From Escherichia phage vB_EcoM_G4507, in the sequence record NC_054919.1: a stretch of 64,000 nucleotides of DNA. One strand, written 5' to 3'. The notes under the pieces are model-generated. The model was given only the letters and a program-made list of their open reading frames with translations, was not told the origin of the DNA and searched no databases. This document shows positions 11,531-20,797 of this stretch, in pieces. The translations under genes were made by a program, and so were the position numbers. The number at the start of each line of letters is the position of its first letter. Position 1 is the first letter of the stretch.

Positions 11531-11732
11531 TTTTCACCTTTTTATTAATATGCCTTTTTCTATAGACAACTTTTTCTCGAGTTTCAAATTTATTCTTAGC
11601 AGTCATAGCTCGAGCCCATAATACAGCCACTTCTTTCGCCTGTAAGTTTAATTCACGAGCAATTTCAATGAATGACTTTCCAGACTCATGAAGAGTAAAC
11701 ACCACAACCTCAGTTCTCATAATCAATCTCAT
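11517..11732 (-). CDS. small helix-turn-helix-like protein (24.3-like)
   Basis: 71-aa ORF with HTH-like segment GKSFIEIARELNLQAKEV; overlaps the start of the downstream ORF by 14 nt. Confidence 0.55.
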   Translation of the reverse strand: MRLIMRTEVVVFTLHESGKSFIEIARELNLQAKEVAVLWARAMTAKNKFETREKVVYRKRHINKKVKNGTV

Positions 11733-11800
11733 GTTATCGAGTTGATGCCATTATATACATCATTTTCTGAGTATGTTTTGTGTGCTTTCAAAATGAAGAA

Positions 11801-11816
11801 AGGGGCCGAAGCCCCT
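11801..11816 (-). terminator. hairpin AGGGGC-UUCG-GCCCCU after hoc
   Basis: 6-bp stem with UUCG loop (minus-strand sense) 5 nt after the hoc stop. Confidence 0.55.
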
Positions 11817-11821
11817 TATGA

Positions 11822-13240
11822 TTATGGATAGGTATAGATGATACCAGTTTCTAAAGCAGTTTTATGAATGATGTATCCATTGCGTGATTCTTGAACATCA
11901 ACTTCTGGATAGTCTTTCATCATCTTCTGAAGAGTGTAACGATGCAGGTAGTATTTACTATCTGGATCTTCAGTTTTCCAATCTTTACCTTCTTCGGTCA
12001 TTTTTTGGATTTCATCCATAACCCACCAACCGCACCAGATATAAGCTGAAGTGCGATGTGGAAGAGGATGAACATAAGGCAATTCACCTTCTGGTTCCGG
12101 AGCAACTTTATCAGTTACCTGAACTTGGCCTGTTGCTTTAACTGTTTTACTATCATAGTCGGTTGCTGTAACGGTTGCAGTAACTTCAATAGTTTGACTT
12201 CCAATAGATGATGTATCAACCGTGTATACATTAGTTGATTCTTCTACAGGAGAAGAATCTTTCTTCCATGAATATTCGATTTGTGCTTCTTCTGGAGCAT
12301 CCGTAACATTAGCAGTAAATGTAGCCGAAGCATCTTGCTGAACGTTAATAGAAGGAGGAGTCAATGTAACCTGTGGATTCATTGTCTTCTTATTAACTGT
12401 TAATGATACTTCATTAGAAGTAACTTCCTTTTCATTGTAATTTTCAGCCGTTACTTGGGCTACGCATTTAATTCTTTTTACTCCACTTGTAGTTGGAGTA
12501 TAGTTAAATGTAGAGTTAGTTTCTCCACCAATTTGAGAATCATCTACATACCATTTATATGTAGCAGACGCTCCATCAGGTTGAGAAACCAAGGCAGCAG
12601 TAAATTGAACTGGGGTTCCAATTACTCCAGCTGGAGGACTATCAGGAGTTACTGCCAAGGTAGTTGTCTGCGTCTTTTTATTAACAGTCAGTGACACTTC
12701 ATTGGAAGTAACTTCCTTTGTATCATAATCTGTCGCGGTTACTTGAGCTACGCACTTAATTGTTTTAACTCCGCTTGCGTCAGGAGTGTAATTGAATGTA
12801 GTGCTAGTTGCTTCGCCCACAGGAGAACCGTCAACGTACCATTGATACGTAGCGTTTGCACCTGATGGCTGTGAAGCTAAGGCAGCGGTAAATTCAATTG
12901 GAGTTCCAATCACTCCAGCATCAGGGCTACCAGGAGTTACTGCCAAAGTAGTTGTTTGTGTCTTATTTTGAACTGTGATAGTTGTACTAATTTCAGCTGT
13001 TTCAGGTTCAGATTCTGCAACTTGATTGGTTGCAACTACTTTAATAGTCTTTTGACCGGCAGGTCCTTTTAGTACATAACTAAAAGTTGCTGACGTTTCT
13101 TCCTGTGGAGCGTCGTCTACAGTCCAAGCATATGTAATAGGTCCATCTCCAGTTTGACCACTGGGTGTAGCAGTAAACTGCTGAGTCTGATCTATAACTC
13201 CAGTAGGTGTTTTAGGAGTTATATCAACTGTAAAAGCCAT
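11822..13240 (-). CDS. hoc: highly immunogenic outer capsid protein Hoc, with four Ig-like domains
   Basis: 472-aa ORF; two adjacent ~96-aa modules (KTQTTTLAVTP...EVTSNEVSLTVNK) are near-identical; conserved C-terminal capsid-binding region; synteny. Confidence 0.9.
   Translation of the reverse strand: MAFTVDITPKTPTGVIDQTQQFTATPSGQTGDGPITYAWTVDDAPQEETSATFSYVLKGPAGQKTIKVVATNQVAESEPETAEISTTITVQNKTQTTTLAVTPGSPDAGVIGTPIEFTAALASQPSGANATYQWYVDGSPVGEATSTTFNYTPDASGVKTIKCVAQVTATDYDTKEVTSNEVSLTVNKKTQTTTLAVTPDSPPAGVIGTPVQFTAALVSQPDGASATYKWYVDDSQIGGETNSTFNYTPTTSGVKRIKCVAQVTAENYNEKEVTSNEVSLTVNKKTMNPQVTLTPPSINVQQDASATFTANVTDAPEEAQIEYSWKKDSSPVEESTNVYTVDTSSIGSQTIEVTATVTATDYDSKTVKATGQVQVTDKVAPEPEGELPYVHPLPHRTSAYIWCGWWVMDEIQKMTEEGKDWKTEDPDSKYYLHRYTLQKMMKDYPEVDVQESRNGYIIHKTALETGIIYTYP
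12389..12964 (-). repeat. tandem duplication of two ~288-bp units inside hoc (Ig-like domains 2 and 3)
   Basis: Protein residues 93-188 and 189-284 are near-identical; DNA units at 12389-12676 and 12677-12964 computed from the ORF frame. Confidence 0.7.
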
Positions 13241-13249
13241 AAGTTATCC

Positions 13250-13930
13250 TTATTTTAATGTTACGAAAGAAGAATTACGTGTTTCACGAATTAGAACTGA
13301 TCCGTCACGATTAATGTAGTAAATTAAGCTAAATAAAGTTTGGTGTGCCGACGCATGTTCAAAACTAGTTGGGTGAGATTTCCAATCTGGGGTTTCAGCA
13401 ATCCATTGATAAATCCACCAAGGAACAGTGCAGAATCCTGGATTTTTTCCAATCAGCTGAAGATTCGGACTAAAGTTTTCCGGAAGAGTAAATACAGACG
13501 GCTTTTCAGATTCAATAATCTCAGCTACAGCCTGTTCGAATTTTTCTTCAACAAAAGGAGTATCTTCAATTAAAACAGTGGTATTTTCAGGAATTTTATC
13601 CGTTTCTACTACTTCAATTTTAATGTCAGATTTAACCGGAGAATCAATCAGAAGTGCTGCCTCTGGATTGACTTCTTCATCGTCATATTTTAATCCGTCT
13701 GCGGCATCAGCAGCATCAATTAAGTCTTTAATAGATAACCCATCAGTCTCTGGCATAGGTTCACTAGCGAGCTTCTGGAGAGCTTCTTCAATATCATTAA
13801 CGATATTATCAAAAGATTTATTCTTTTTGACCTTTATACCAAACTGTTCAGCATATTCAGCTAATTTAGCTTTAGCTTCTTTATTATCATCAAGAGCCTT
13901 CAGCTCTGCAATATAATCTTTATCTATCAT
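13250..13930 (-). CDS. inh: inhibitor of prohead protease (Inh)
   Basis: 226-aa ORF directly downstream of hoc; length and position match T4 inh as recalled. Confidence 0.8.
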   Translation of the reverse strand: MIDKDYIAELKALDDNKEAKAKLAEYAEQFGIKVKKNKSFDNIVNDIEEALQKLASEPMPETDGLSIKDLIDAADAADGLKYDDEEVNPEAALLIDSPVKSDIKIEVVETDKIPENTTVLIEDTPFVEEKFEQAVAEIIESEKPSVFTLPENFSPNLQLIGKNPGFCTVPWWIYQWIAETPDWKSHPTSFEHASAHQTLFSLIYYINRDGSVLIRETRNSSFVTLK

Positions 13931-13979
13931 AATATTTCCTCAGTATAAATATAGATATATTTATTACTCGGAAAATAGT

Positions 13980-14597
13980 ATGTACCACTTTGTATATGAA
14001 ACAACAAATCTAATAAATGGTAAAAAGTATATAGGAAAACACTCTACTGATGACTTGAATGATGGTTACCTTGGTTCCGGTAAGGCAATTCAGCAGGCTA
14101 TAAAGAAATATGGTGAAAACAATTTCTCTAGAACAATACTAAAAGAGTTTAAAACTTCCGAAGAAGCGTACATGTATGAAGAAGAAATTATAACTCCTGA
14201 AATAATAAAAAGCAAAAATTATTATAATATGAAACCTGGTGGAATTGGTGGAATTGTTATGACTACAGAGGTTATAGCAAAGATGAAAGAATCTTCCGCT
14301 AAGAGATTTGAAAACTCACCGGGCACGGTATTAGGTACAACTTGTTACACTAATGGAACTAAAAATATTTTTATTAAACCTGGAGAACTTGTTCCAGAAG
14401 GATTTGTAAAAGGAATGGTTCATCCTAATAGAAAGTCCAGAAAAGGATGTAAAGTCAAACCGACTACCACAGGAACTTTTTGGGTCAATAACGGTGCAAT
14501 AAATAAATTAATACAACCAGACGGTATTATTCCCGACGGATTTATTAAAGGTCGTCTCATGAAAAGAGATTCTAAAGGCAAATTTAGTAAGGCATAA
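13980..14597 (+). CDS. segE: GIY-YIG homing endonuclease, seg-like (segE position)
   Basis: N-terminal GIY-YIG motif: HFVYETTNLINGKKYIGKHS...YLGSGKAI...E; 205 aa; sits between inh and uvsW on the opposite strand from its neighbours. Confidence 0.65.
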   Translation: MYHFVYETTNLINGKKYIGKHSTDDLNDGYLGSGKAIQQAIKKYGENNFSRTILKEFKTSEEAYMYEEEIITPEIIKSKNYYNMKPGGIGGIVMTTEVIAKMKESSAKRFENSPGTVLGTTCYTNGTKNIFIKPGELVPEGFVKGMVHPNRKSRKGCKVKPTTTGTFWVNNGAINKLIQPDGIIPDGFIKGRLMKRDSKGKFSKA

Positions 14598-14599
14598 TT

Positions 14600-16108
14600 A
14601 TGGATATTAAAGTACATTTTCACGACTTCAGCCATGTACGCATCGATTGTGAAGAGAGCACGTTCCACGAATTAAGAGATTTCTTTTCGTTTGAGGCCGA
14701 TGGATATAGATTTAATCCTCGCTTCAGATATGGCAACTGGGATGGACGAATCCGTCTTTTAGATTATAATCGTCTTCTTCCATTTGGCTTAGTCGGGCAA
14801 ATTAAAAAGTTCTGTGATAACTTTGGCTATAAAGCCTGGATTGACCCACAAATTAACGAAAAAGAAGAATTATCAAGAAAAGATTTTGATGAATGGCTTT
14901 CTAAATTAGAAATCTATTCAGGAAATAAAAGAATTGAACCGCATTGGTATCAAAAAGATGCAGTGTTCGAAGGATTAGTTAATCGTCGTAGAATTCTTAA
15001 TCTTCCAACATCCGCTGGTAAATCTTTAATTCAAGCTTTGCTTGCGCGATATTATTTGGAAAATTATGAAGGCAAAATTCTTATCATTGTTCCAACAACT
15101 GCTCTGACAACTCAGATGGCTGATGACTTTGTTGACTATCGTTTATTCAGTCATGCAATGATAAAGAAAATCGGCGGTGGAGCATCAAAAGATGATAAAT
15201 ATAAAAATGATGCACCGGTCGTTGTTGGTACATGGCAAACTGTAGTTAAACAACCAAAAGAATGGTTCTCACAGTTTGGAATGATGATGAATGATGAATG
15301 CCATCTTGCTACAGGAAAAAGTATTTCATCTATCATATCAGGTTTAAATAACTGTATGTTCAAATTTGGTCTATCTGGTTCATTACGTGATGGCAAAGCC
15401 AATATCATGCAGTATGTTGGAATGTTTGGTGAAATATTTAAGCCAGTAACGACTTCTAAGTTAATGGAAGATGGACAAGTAACTGAGCTAAAAATTAATA
15501 GTATTTTTCTTCGCTATCCCGATGAGTTCACTACTAAATTAAAGGGAAAAACTTATCAAGAAGAAATAAAAATTATTACGGGGCTTAGTAAAAGAAATAA
15601 ATGGATCGCTAAATTGGCTATTAAGCTTGCACAAAAAGATGAAAACGCTTTTGTCATGTTTAAACATGTATCACATGGTAAAGCTATTTTCGATTTAATT
15701 AAAAATGAATACGATAAAGTTTATTACGTATCAGGGGAAGTTGATACCGAAACCCGCAATATAATGAAAACCTTAGCTGAAAATGGTAAAGGAATAATTA
15801 TAGTAGCTAGTTATGGTGTATTTTCTACTGGTATTTCAGTTAAAAATCTGCATCACGTTGTTTTAGCGCACGGTGTTAAATCAAAAATCATTGTATTACA
15901 AACAATCGGTCGTGTATTACGTAAGCATGGTTCTAAAACAATCGCAACAGTCTGGGACCTCATAGATGACTGTGGTGTCAAGCCAAAATCTGCTAATACT
16001 AAAAAGAAATATGTTCACTTGAACTATCTTTTAAAACACGGCATTGATCGTATTCAGCGCTACGCAGATGAAAAATTTAATTACGTAATGAAAACAGTTA
16101 ATTTATAA
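14600..16108 (+). CDS. uvsW: UvsW RNA-DNA/DNA helicase
   Basis: 502-aa ORF with Walker A PTSAGKS and DExH box MNDECH; synteny. Confidence 0.93.
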   Translation: MDIKVHFHDFSHVRIDCEESTFHELRDFFSFEADGYRFNPRFRYGNWDGRIRLLDYNRLLPFGLVGQIKKFCDNFGYKAWIDPQINEKEELSRKDFDEWLSKLEIYSGNKRIEPHWYQKDAVFEGLVNRRRILNLPTSAGKSLIQALLARYYLENYEGKILIIVPTTALTTQMADDFVDYRLFSHAMIKKIGGGASKDDKYKNDAPVVVGTWQTVVKQPKEWFSQFGMMMNDECHLATGKSISSIISGLNNCMFKFGLSGSLRDGKANIMQYVGMFGEIFKPVTTSKLMEDGQVTELKINSIFLRYPDEFTTKLKGKTYQEEIKIITGLSKRNKWIAKLAIKLAQKDENAFVMFKHVSHGKAIFDLIKNEYDKVYYVSGEVDTETRNIMKTLAENGKGIIIVASYGVFSTGISVKNLHHVVLAHGVKSKIIVLQTIGRVLRKHGSKTIATVWDLIDDCGVKPKSANTKKKYVHLNYLLKHGIDRIQRYADEKFNYVMKTVNL

Positions 16109-16122
16109 GGGCTTCGGCCCTT
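16107..16122 (+). terminator. hairpin AAGGGC-UUCG-GCCCUU between uvsW and uvsW.1
   Basis: 6-bp stem with UUCG loop overlapping the uvsW stop; the ORF-track TTG start at 16122 reads through it. Confidence 0.45.
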
Positions 16123-16133
16123 TGGAGAAAAAG

Positions 16134-16364
16134 ATGTTACTAGAATTTAAACAATTTCTTTATGAAGCTTCTATTGATGAATTTATGGGTAAAATTGCCT
16201 CTTGTCAAACATTAGAAGGTTTAGAAGAACTTGAAGCTTATTATAAGAAAAGAGTTAAAGAAACTGAATTAAAAGATACTGATGACATCTCAGTCAGAGA
16301 TGCTTTGGCAGGAAAAAGAGCTGAATTAGAAGATTCAGACGATGAAGTAGAAGAAAGCTTTTAA
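16134..16364 (+). CDS. uvsW.1: UvsW.1 small acidic protein
   Basis: Start moved from TTG 16122 to ATG 16134 (GGAG 7 nt upstream), giving 76 aa: MLLEFKQFLYEASIDEFMGKIASCQTLEG... Confidence 0.7.
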   Translation: MLLEFKQFLYEASIDEFMGKIASCQTLEGLEELEAYYKKRVKETELKDTDDISVRDALAGKRAELEDSDDEVEESF

Positions 16365-16419
16365 ATTAAAAAAGGCCCAACCAAAAAGGAAGGGCCAAAA
16401 CTATAGACTAAAGGTCACA

Positions 16420-16587
16420 CTATAGCAAAAGTTGCGTTTCATTTAATTGTTCTTCCGAACTTTCTGAAACTGGTAGTTCTTTAATGTAATTATAGCAAGG
16501 CCCAGGATGTACAGGACCTTTGTCTGTTTCAACAACCAATGCAGAATCGATTGGAGTTTTACAGACAACACAAATCTTATCTGACAT
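16420..16587 (-). CDS. small zinc-ribbon-like protein (uvsY.-2-like); absent from the ORF track (under 60 aa)
   Basis: Hand translation of the minus strand: MSDKICVVCKTPIDSALVVETDKGPVHPGPCYNYIKELPVSESSEEQLNETQLLL, 55 aa, CxxC...C motif; GAGGAGACAATC precedes the ATG. Confidence 0.55.
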   Translation of the reverse strand: MSDKICVVCKTPIDSALVVETDKGPVHPGPCYNYIKELPVSESSEEQLNETQLLL

Positions 16588-16615
16588 GATTGTCTCCTCT
16601 GAATTATATATCTAT

Positions 16616-16840
16616 TTATACAACTCTCATATGCATATCAATGCCCATATCTTTAGAATAAAAATATTCATCAAGATATCCGGCAAATTTTCCTTTAATA
16701 TAAAGAACATCTTCACCGCACGGGTGGTCGGCCAGGATACGAATATCCTGACGCTTAAGATTATGCTTTTTCATTAAGAATTGAATTTCCGTTTCAAATT
16801 CTTCTTCATAATTAAAAGCATCATCAATGTTATATCTCAT
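16616..16840 (-). CDS. hypothetical protein (uvsY.-1-like)
   Basis: 74-aa ORF whose ATG overlaps the uvsY stop (translational coupling). Confidence 0.65.
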   Translation of the reverse strand: MRYNIDDAFNYEEEFETEIQFLMKKHNLKRQDIRILADHPCGEDVLYIKGKFAGYLDEYFYSKDMGIDMHMRVV

Positions 16841-17253
16841 TATTTTCCAGCCTCAAATGCTCGCATGTCTTGAATATGCTTAATAGCAAATCCACGTGAT
16901 TTAATAGCATCAAGAGCTCCGCTACAGAAATCTAATAAAATCCCCCAATACTGTAACGAGGTATCAACCTTTAAAACATCCTTATCAGCTGATAGAACTG
17001 TCTTCATTTCTGATTTCTCGTAACGATCCATACTAAATTCATCACCATCTCCTCGTCCCGAGTAGTAGTCTAATTTAGCTTTAAGAGCAACTTTTTTCTG
17101 TGCTTCAATTCTAAGCATTTCCTTTTTAATACTTGAATGCTTATTAAGCCATTTACTATATAACATCACATTATTAGCTGCTTCATACTGTAATTTAGTC
17201 GAATCTATAAACACATCTTTCTTCAATTCTTCTTGAAGATCTTCTAATCTCAT
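16840..17253 (-). CDS. uvsY: recombination mediator UvsY
   Basis: 137-aa ORF MRLEDLQEELKKDVFIDSTKLQYEAANNVMLYSKWLNKH...; length matches T4 UvsY as recalled; MotA-type promoter upstream. Confidence 0.9.
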   Translation of the reverse strand: MRLEDLQEELKKDVFIDSTKLQYEAANNVMLYSKWLNKHSSIKKEMLRIEAQKKVALKAKLDYYSGRGDGDEFSMDRYEKSEMKTVLSADKDVLKVDTSLQYWGILLDFCSGALDAIKSRGFAIKHIQDMRAFEAGK

Positions 17254-17293
17254 ATTGTTCTCTATTCAATTGTTATTGGATGGACTTAGATTC

Positions 17294-17319
17294 ATTATAC
17301 CACGTTTATACGTGAAGCA
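17294..17319 (-). promoter_or_regulatory. MotA-dependent middle promoter for uvsY
   Basis: Minus strand reads AATGCTTCA (MotA box), 13 nt, then TATAAT, about 40 nt upstream of the uvsY ATG; overlaps the 3' end of gene 25. Confidence 0.5.
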
Positions 17320-17718
17320 TTATACTCTATTACTGGAAGCCAGTTGTAGTTTTATCTGCTCAATATCATCAGGGTTATCGATGACTGAAAAGCGTATTTC
17401 TACTATCAAAGTATAATCATCATAAACCGGTATTACATTAACTGCTAATTTATCAATACGTGGCTCATAGTTTCTTACTGCGCTTTCGATATTACGCTCA
17501 ACCGTGTCAGCAGTAAGAGGAGTCATATTCTCAAAAAGTTGGTCAGATAAATCGCATCCAAATTCAGGGTCAAACGGTCTTGAACCTTTTCTTGTTGTAA
17601 TAATTCCTAAAAGACTATTTTTAATTGACCTTAATCCAAGTGATCTTGAAACGTCTTTGTTCCAATCCATTTTCATCTCTGGGTCAATATCAGAATAAAG
17701 CTTATTAATATTTGCCAT
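17320..17718 (-). CDS. 25: baseplate wedge protein gp25
   Basis: 132-aa [66 protein letters not shown]...; gpW/gp25 family. Confidence 0.92.
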   Translation of the reverse strand: MANINKLYSDIDPEMKMDWNKDVSRSLGLRSIKNSLLGIITTRKGSRPFDPEFGCDLSDQLFENMTPLTADTVERNIESAVRNYEPRIDKLAVNVIPVYDDYTLIVEIRFSVIDNPDDIEQIKLQLASSNRV

Positions 17719-18344
17719 TACAATAGCTCAAAGAATTCTTTGAGTCCTCTTATTACATGAGCGTGAGTTTTTCCACACTCTGGACATTTAATTGGAACAG
17801 CCAAATAAACAGTAGGCTTTAAAAGCATATCTTTTATAGCTACAATATCTGACTCTGTGATGATAGAATATAAATCTTCTAGTTCCTTTTCATTTAAGTC
17901 TTCAACTGGAATGCTTTCCCCGTTAGCATGAATCGTTTCTATACATGATACTATCATGTGGGCTATATTTTTATCATCAAAAATTTTAGGGTATCGGAAT
18001 TTAATTTTAATGTCACCCAGTGTATACCAAAGGTCTTCTGGTGCATCTATTTGTGTATGTAATAGATTTATATGGGTTGGTATTTCAGTTCCGCAGGTGC
18101 ACTTCCAGGAGTTTTCGTGATTAACTTCTCCAAGAGAATGCGCCCATAAATGAATCAACAATAGTTCTGATTCTTGGCGATTTAAATCTTTTGCATTTGT
18201 GCAGTCTTTGATTAGCTTTTTAACAATTACTTCTACAGAACCATTATTTTTGGCAGTAATAAGTTCTAGATATTCTTTAAGAGTAAATGCGCGACAGTTG
18301 ATTATTTTAGAACCAACTCTCACATCAAATTTGTATTCATACAT
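17718..18344 (-). CDS. 26: baseplate hub protein gp26
   Basis: 208-aa ORF translationally coupled to gene 25; synteny 26-25 divergent from 51. Confidence 0.88.
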   Translation of the reverse strand: MYEYKFDVRVGSKIINCRAFTLKEYLELITAKNNGSVEVIVKKLIKDCTNAKDLNRQESELLLIHLWAHSLGEVNHENSWKCTCGTEIPTHINLLHTQIDAPEDLWYTLGDIKIKFRYPKIFDDKNIAHMIVSCIETIHANGESIPVEDLNEKELEDLYSIITESDIVAIKDMLLKPTVYLAVPIKCPECGKTHAHVIRGLKEFFELL

Positions 18345-18365
18345 ATTTAGCTCCTTTATTTATCA

Positions 18366-18377
18366 TATTTATAAATA
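18366..18377. promoter_or_regulatory. overlapping divergent late promoters for gene 26 (minus) and gene 51 (plus)
   Basis: Plus strand TATTTATAAATA holds TATAAATA on both strands (plus 18370-18377, minus 18373-18366), each about 18-22 nt from its ATG. Confidence 0.55.
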
Positions 18378-18394
18378 GAATAAAAGGAGCATCT

Positions 18395-19144
18395 ATGGCA
18401 AACATTATTCGTTGTAAATTACCAGATGGTGTTCATCGTTTTAAACCATTTACGGTAGAAGATTATCGAGATTTTTTGTTAGTTCGAAACGATATAGAGC
18501 ATCGGTCACCACAAGAACAAAAAGAAATAATTACTGATTTAATTGATGATTATTTTGGAGACTATCCGAAGACTTGGCAACCATTTATATTTTTGCAGGT
18601 ATTTGTAGGTTCAATAGGTAAAACTAAAGTACCAGTCACATTTGTATGTCCAAAATGTAAAAAAGAAAAGACAGTTCCATTTGAAATATATCAAAAAGAA
18701 TTAAAGGAACCTATTTTTGATGTAGCTAATGTTAAAATTAAATTAAATTTTCCTTCTGAGTTTTATGAAAATAAAGCAAAGATGATTACTGAAAATATTC
18801 ATTCTGTTCAAGTAGATGAAATGTGGTATGATTGGAAGGAAATTAGTGAATCGAGTCAAATAGAACTTGTTGACGCCATCGAGATAGAAACATTAGAAAA
18901 AATTCTCGATGCAATGAATCCTATTAATTTAACATTGCACATGTCGTGTTGTGATAAGTACATTAAAAAATACACTGATATAGTAGATGTGTTTAAGCTA
19001 TTAGTTAATCCAGATGAGATATTTACTTTTTATCAAATTAATCACACGCTTGTAAAAAGTAATTATAGCTTAAATTCAATAATGAAAATGATTCCTGCCG
19101 AGCGCGGATTCGTATTAAAACTGATTGAGAAGGATAAACAATAA
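18395..19144 (+). CDS. 51: baseplate hub assembly catalyst gp51
   Basis: 249-aa ORF; AAGGAG Shine-Dalgarno; synteny 51-27-28-29-48-54. Confidence 0.88.
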   Translation: MANIIRCKLPDGVHRFKPFTVEDYRDFLLVRNDIEHRSPQEQKEIITDLIDDYFGDYPKTWQPFIFLQVFVGSIGKTKVPVTFVCPKCKKEKTVPFEIYQKELKEPIFDVANVKIKLNFPSEFYENKAKMITENIHSVQVDEMWYDWKEISESSQIELVDAIEIETLEKILDAMNPINLTLHMSCCDKYIKKYTDIVDVFKLLVNPDEIFTFYQINHTLVKSNYSLNSIMKMIPAERGFVLKLIEKDKQ

Positions 19145-20316
19145 TGAGTATGTTGCAACGCCCCGGATATCCAAATCTCAGCGTTAAATTATTTGAGAGT
19201 TATGACGCTTGGAGTAATAATAGATTTGTTGAATTAGCTGCTACTATTACCACATTAACTATGCGGGATTCTCTTTATGGTCGAAATGAAGGAATGCTAC
19301 AATTTTATGATTCTAAAAATATCCATACAAAAATGGATGGAAATGAAATAATTCAGATTTCTGTAGCTAATGCAAACGATATTAATAATGTTAAAACAAG
19401 AATTTATGGATGTAAGCATTTTTCTGTATCTGTAGATTCAAAAGGTGATAACATCATTGCTATTGAATTGGGAACTATTCATTCTATAGAAAATCTTAAA
19501 TTTGGTAGACCATTTTTCCCTGATGCAGGTGAATCTATAAAAGAAATGCTTGGTGTCATTTATCAAGACCGCACATTATTAACTCCAGCAATAAATGCTA
19601 TAAATGCTTATGTTCCTGATATTCCATGGACTAGCACATTTGAAAACTATTTGTCATATGTAAGAGAAGTTGCTCTAGCGGTAGGAAGCGATAAGTTCGT
19701 ATTTGTATGGCAAGACATCATGGGAGTTAACATGATGGACTATGATATGATGATAAATCAAGAACCATATCCAATGATTGTAGGTGAGCCAACTTTAATA
19801 GGTCAATTCGTCCAAGAATTGAAATATCCATTAGCATATGATTTTGTTTGGTTGACTAAATCAAACCCGCATAAACGTGATCCAATGAAAAATGCTACTA
19901 TCTATGCTCATTCATTTTTAGATTCTTCATTACCAATGATTACTACAGGAAAGGGTGAAAACTCTATTGTAGTGTCAAGGTCAGGTGCTTATTCTGAAAT
20001 GACTTATAGAAATGGATATGAAGAAGCTATTCGTCTTCAGACTATGGCGCAATATGACGGCTATGCTAAATGTTCTACTGTCGGTAATTTTAACTTGACT
20101 CCTGGCGTTAAAATTATTTTTAATGATAGTAAAAACCAATTTAAAACAGAATTTTACGTTGATGAAGTTATTCACGAATTATCAAATAATAATTCCGTAA
20201 CTCATCTATATATGTTCACTAATGCAACGAAACTGGAAACAATCGACCCAGTTAAGGTTAAAAATGAATTTAAAACTGATACTACCACTGAAGAAAGTAG
20301 TTCTTCCGATAAGTAA
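19144..20316 (+). CDS. 27: baseplate hub protein gp27
   Basis: 390-aa ORF coupled to gene 51 (ATGA overlap); synteny. Confidence 0.93.
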   Translation: MSMLQRPGYPNLSVKLFESYDAWSNNRFVELAATITTLTMRDSLYGRNEGMLQFYDSKNIHTKMDGNEIIQISVANANDINNVKTRIYGCKHFSVSVDSKGDNIIAIELGTIHSIENLKFGRPFFPDAGESIKEMLGVIYQDRTLLTPAINAINAYVPDIPWTSTFENYLSYVREVALAVGSDKFVFVWQDIMGVNMMDYDMMINQEPYPMIVGEPTLIGQFVQELKYPLAYDFVWLTKSNPHKRDPMKNATIYAHSFLDSSLPMITTGKGENSIVVSRSGAYSEMTYRNGYEEAIRLQTMAQYDGYAKCSTVGNFNLTPGVKIIFNDSKNQFKTEFYVDEVIHELSNNNSVTHLYMFTNATKLETIDPVKVKNEFKTDTTTEESSSSDK

Positions 20317-20797
20317 TAAAGAAGTTTCTATTCCTAAGATGGGTCTTAAACATTATAACATTTTAAAAGATGTTAAAGGTCCTGATGAAAATTTAAAGCT
20401 TCTTATTGATTCTATTTGTCCAAATTTATCACCGGCAGAAGTTGATTTCGTTTCTATTCATTTATTGGAATTTAATGGAAAGATTAAATCTCGTAAAGAA
20501 ATAGATGGCTATACTTATGACATTAATGATGTTTATGTATGCCAAAGATTAGAATTTCAATACCAAGGAAATACATTTTATTTTAGACCTCCTGGAAAAT
20601 TTGAACAATTTTTAACGGTGAGCGATATGTTATCTAAATGCTTGCTTAAGGTCAACGATGAAGTTAAAGAAATTAATTTTCTTGAGATGCCAGCATTCGT
20701 TTTAAAATGGGCAAATGATATTTTTACAACTTTAGCAATTCCTGGCCCTAATGGTCCAATAACTGGAATTGGCAATATTATTGGATTATTTGAATGA
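20261..20797 (+). CDS. 28: baseplate hub distal protein gp28
   Basis: ORF track starts at 20222; ATG at 20261 has an AAGG Shine-Dalgarno and gives ~178 aa; overlaps the gene 27 3' end in another frame. Confidence 0.75.
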   Translation, partial: KMNLKLILPLKKVVLPISNKEVSIPKMGLKHYNILKDVKGPDENLKLLIDSICPNLSPAEVDFVSIHLLEFNGKIKSRKEIDGYTYDINDVYVCQRLEFQYQGNTFYFRPPGKFEQFLTVSDMLSKCLLKVNDEVKEINFLEMPAFVLKWANDIFTTLAIPGPNGPITGIGNIIGLFE

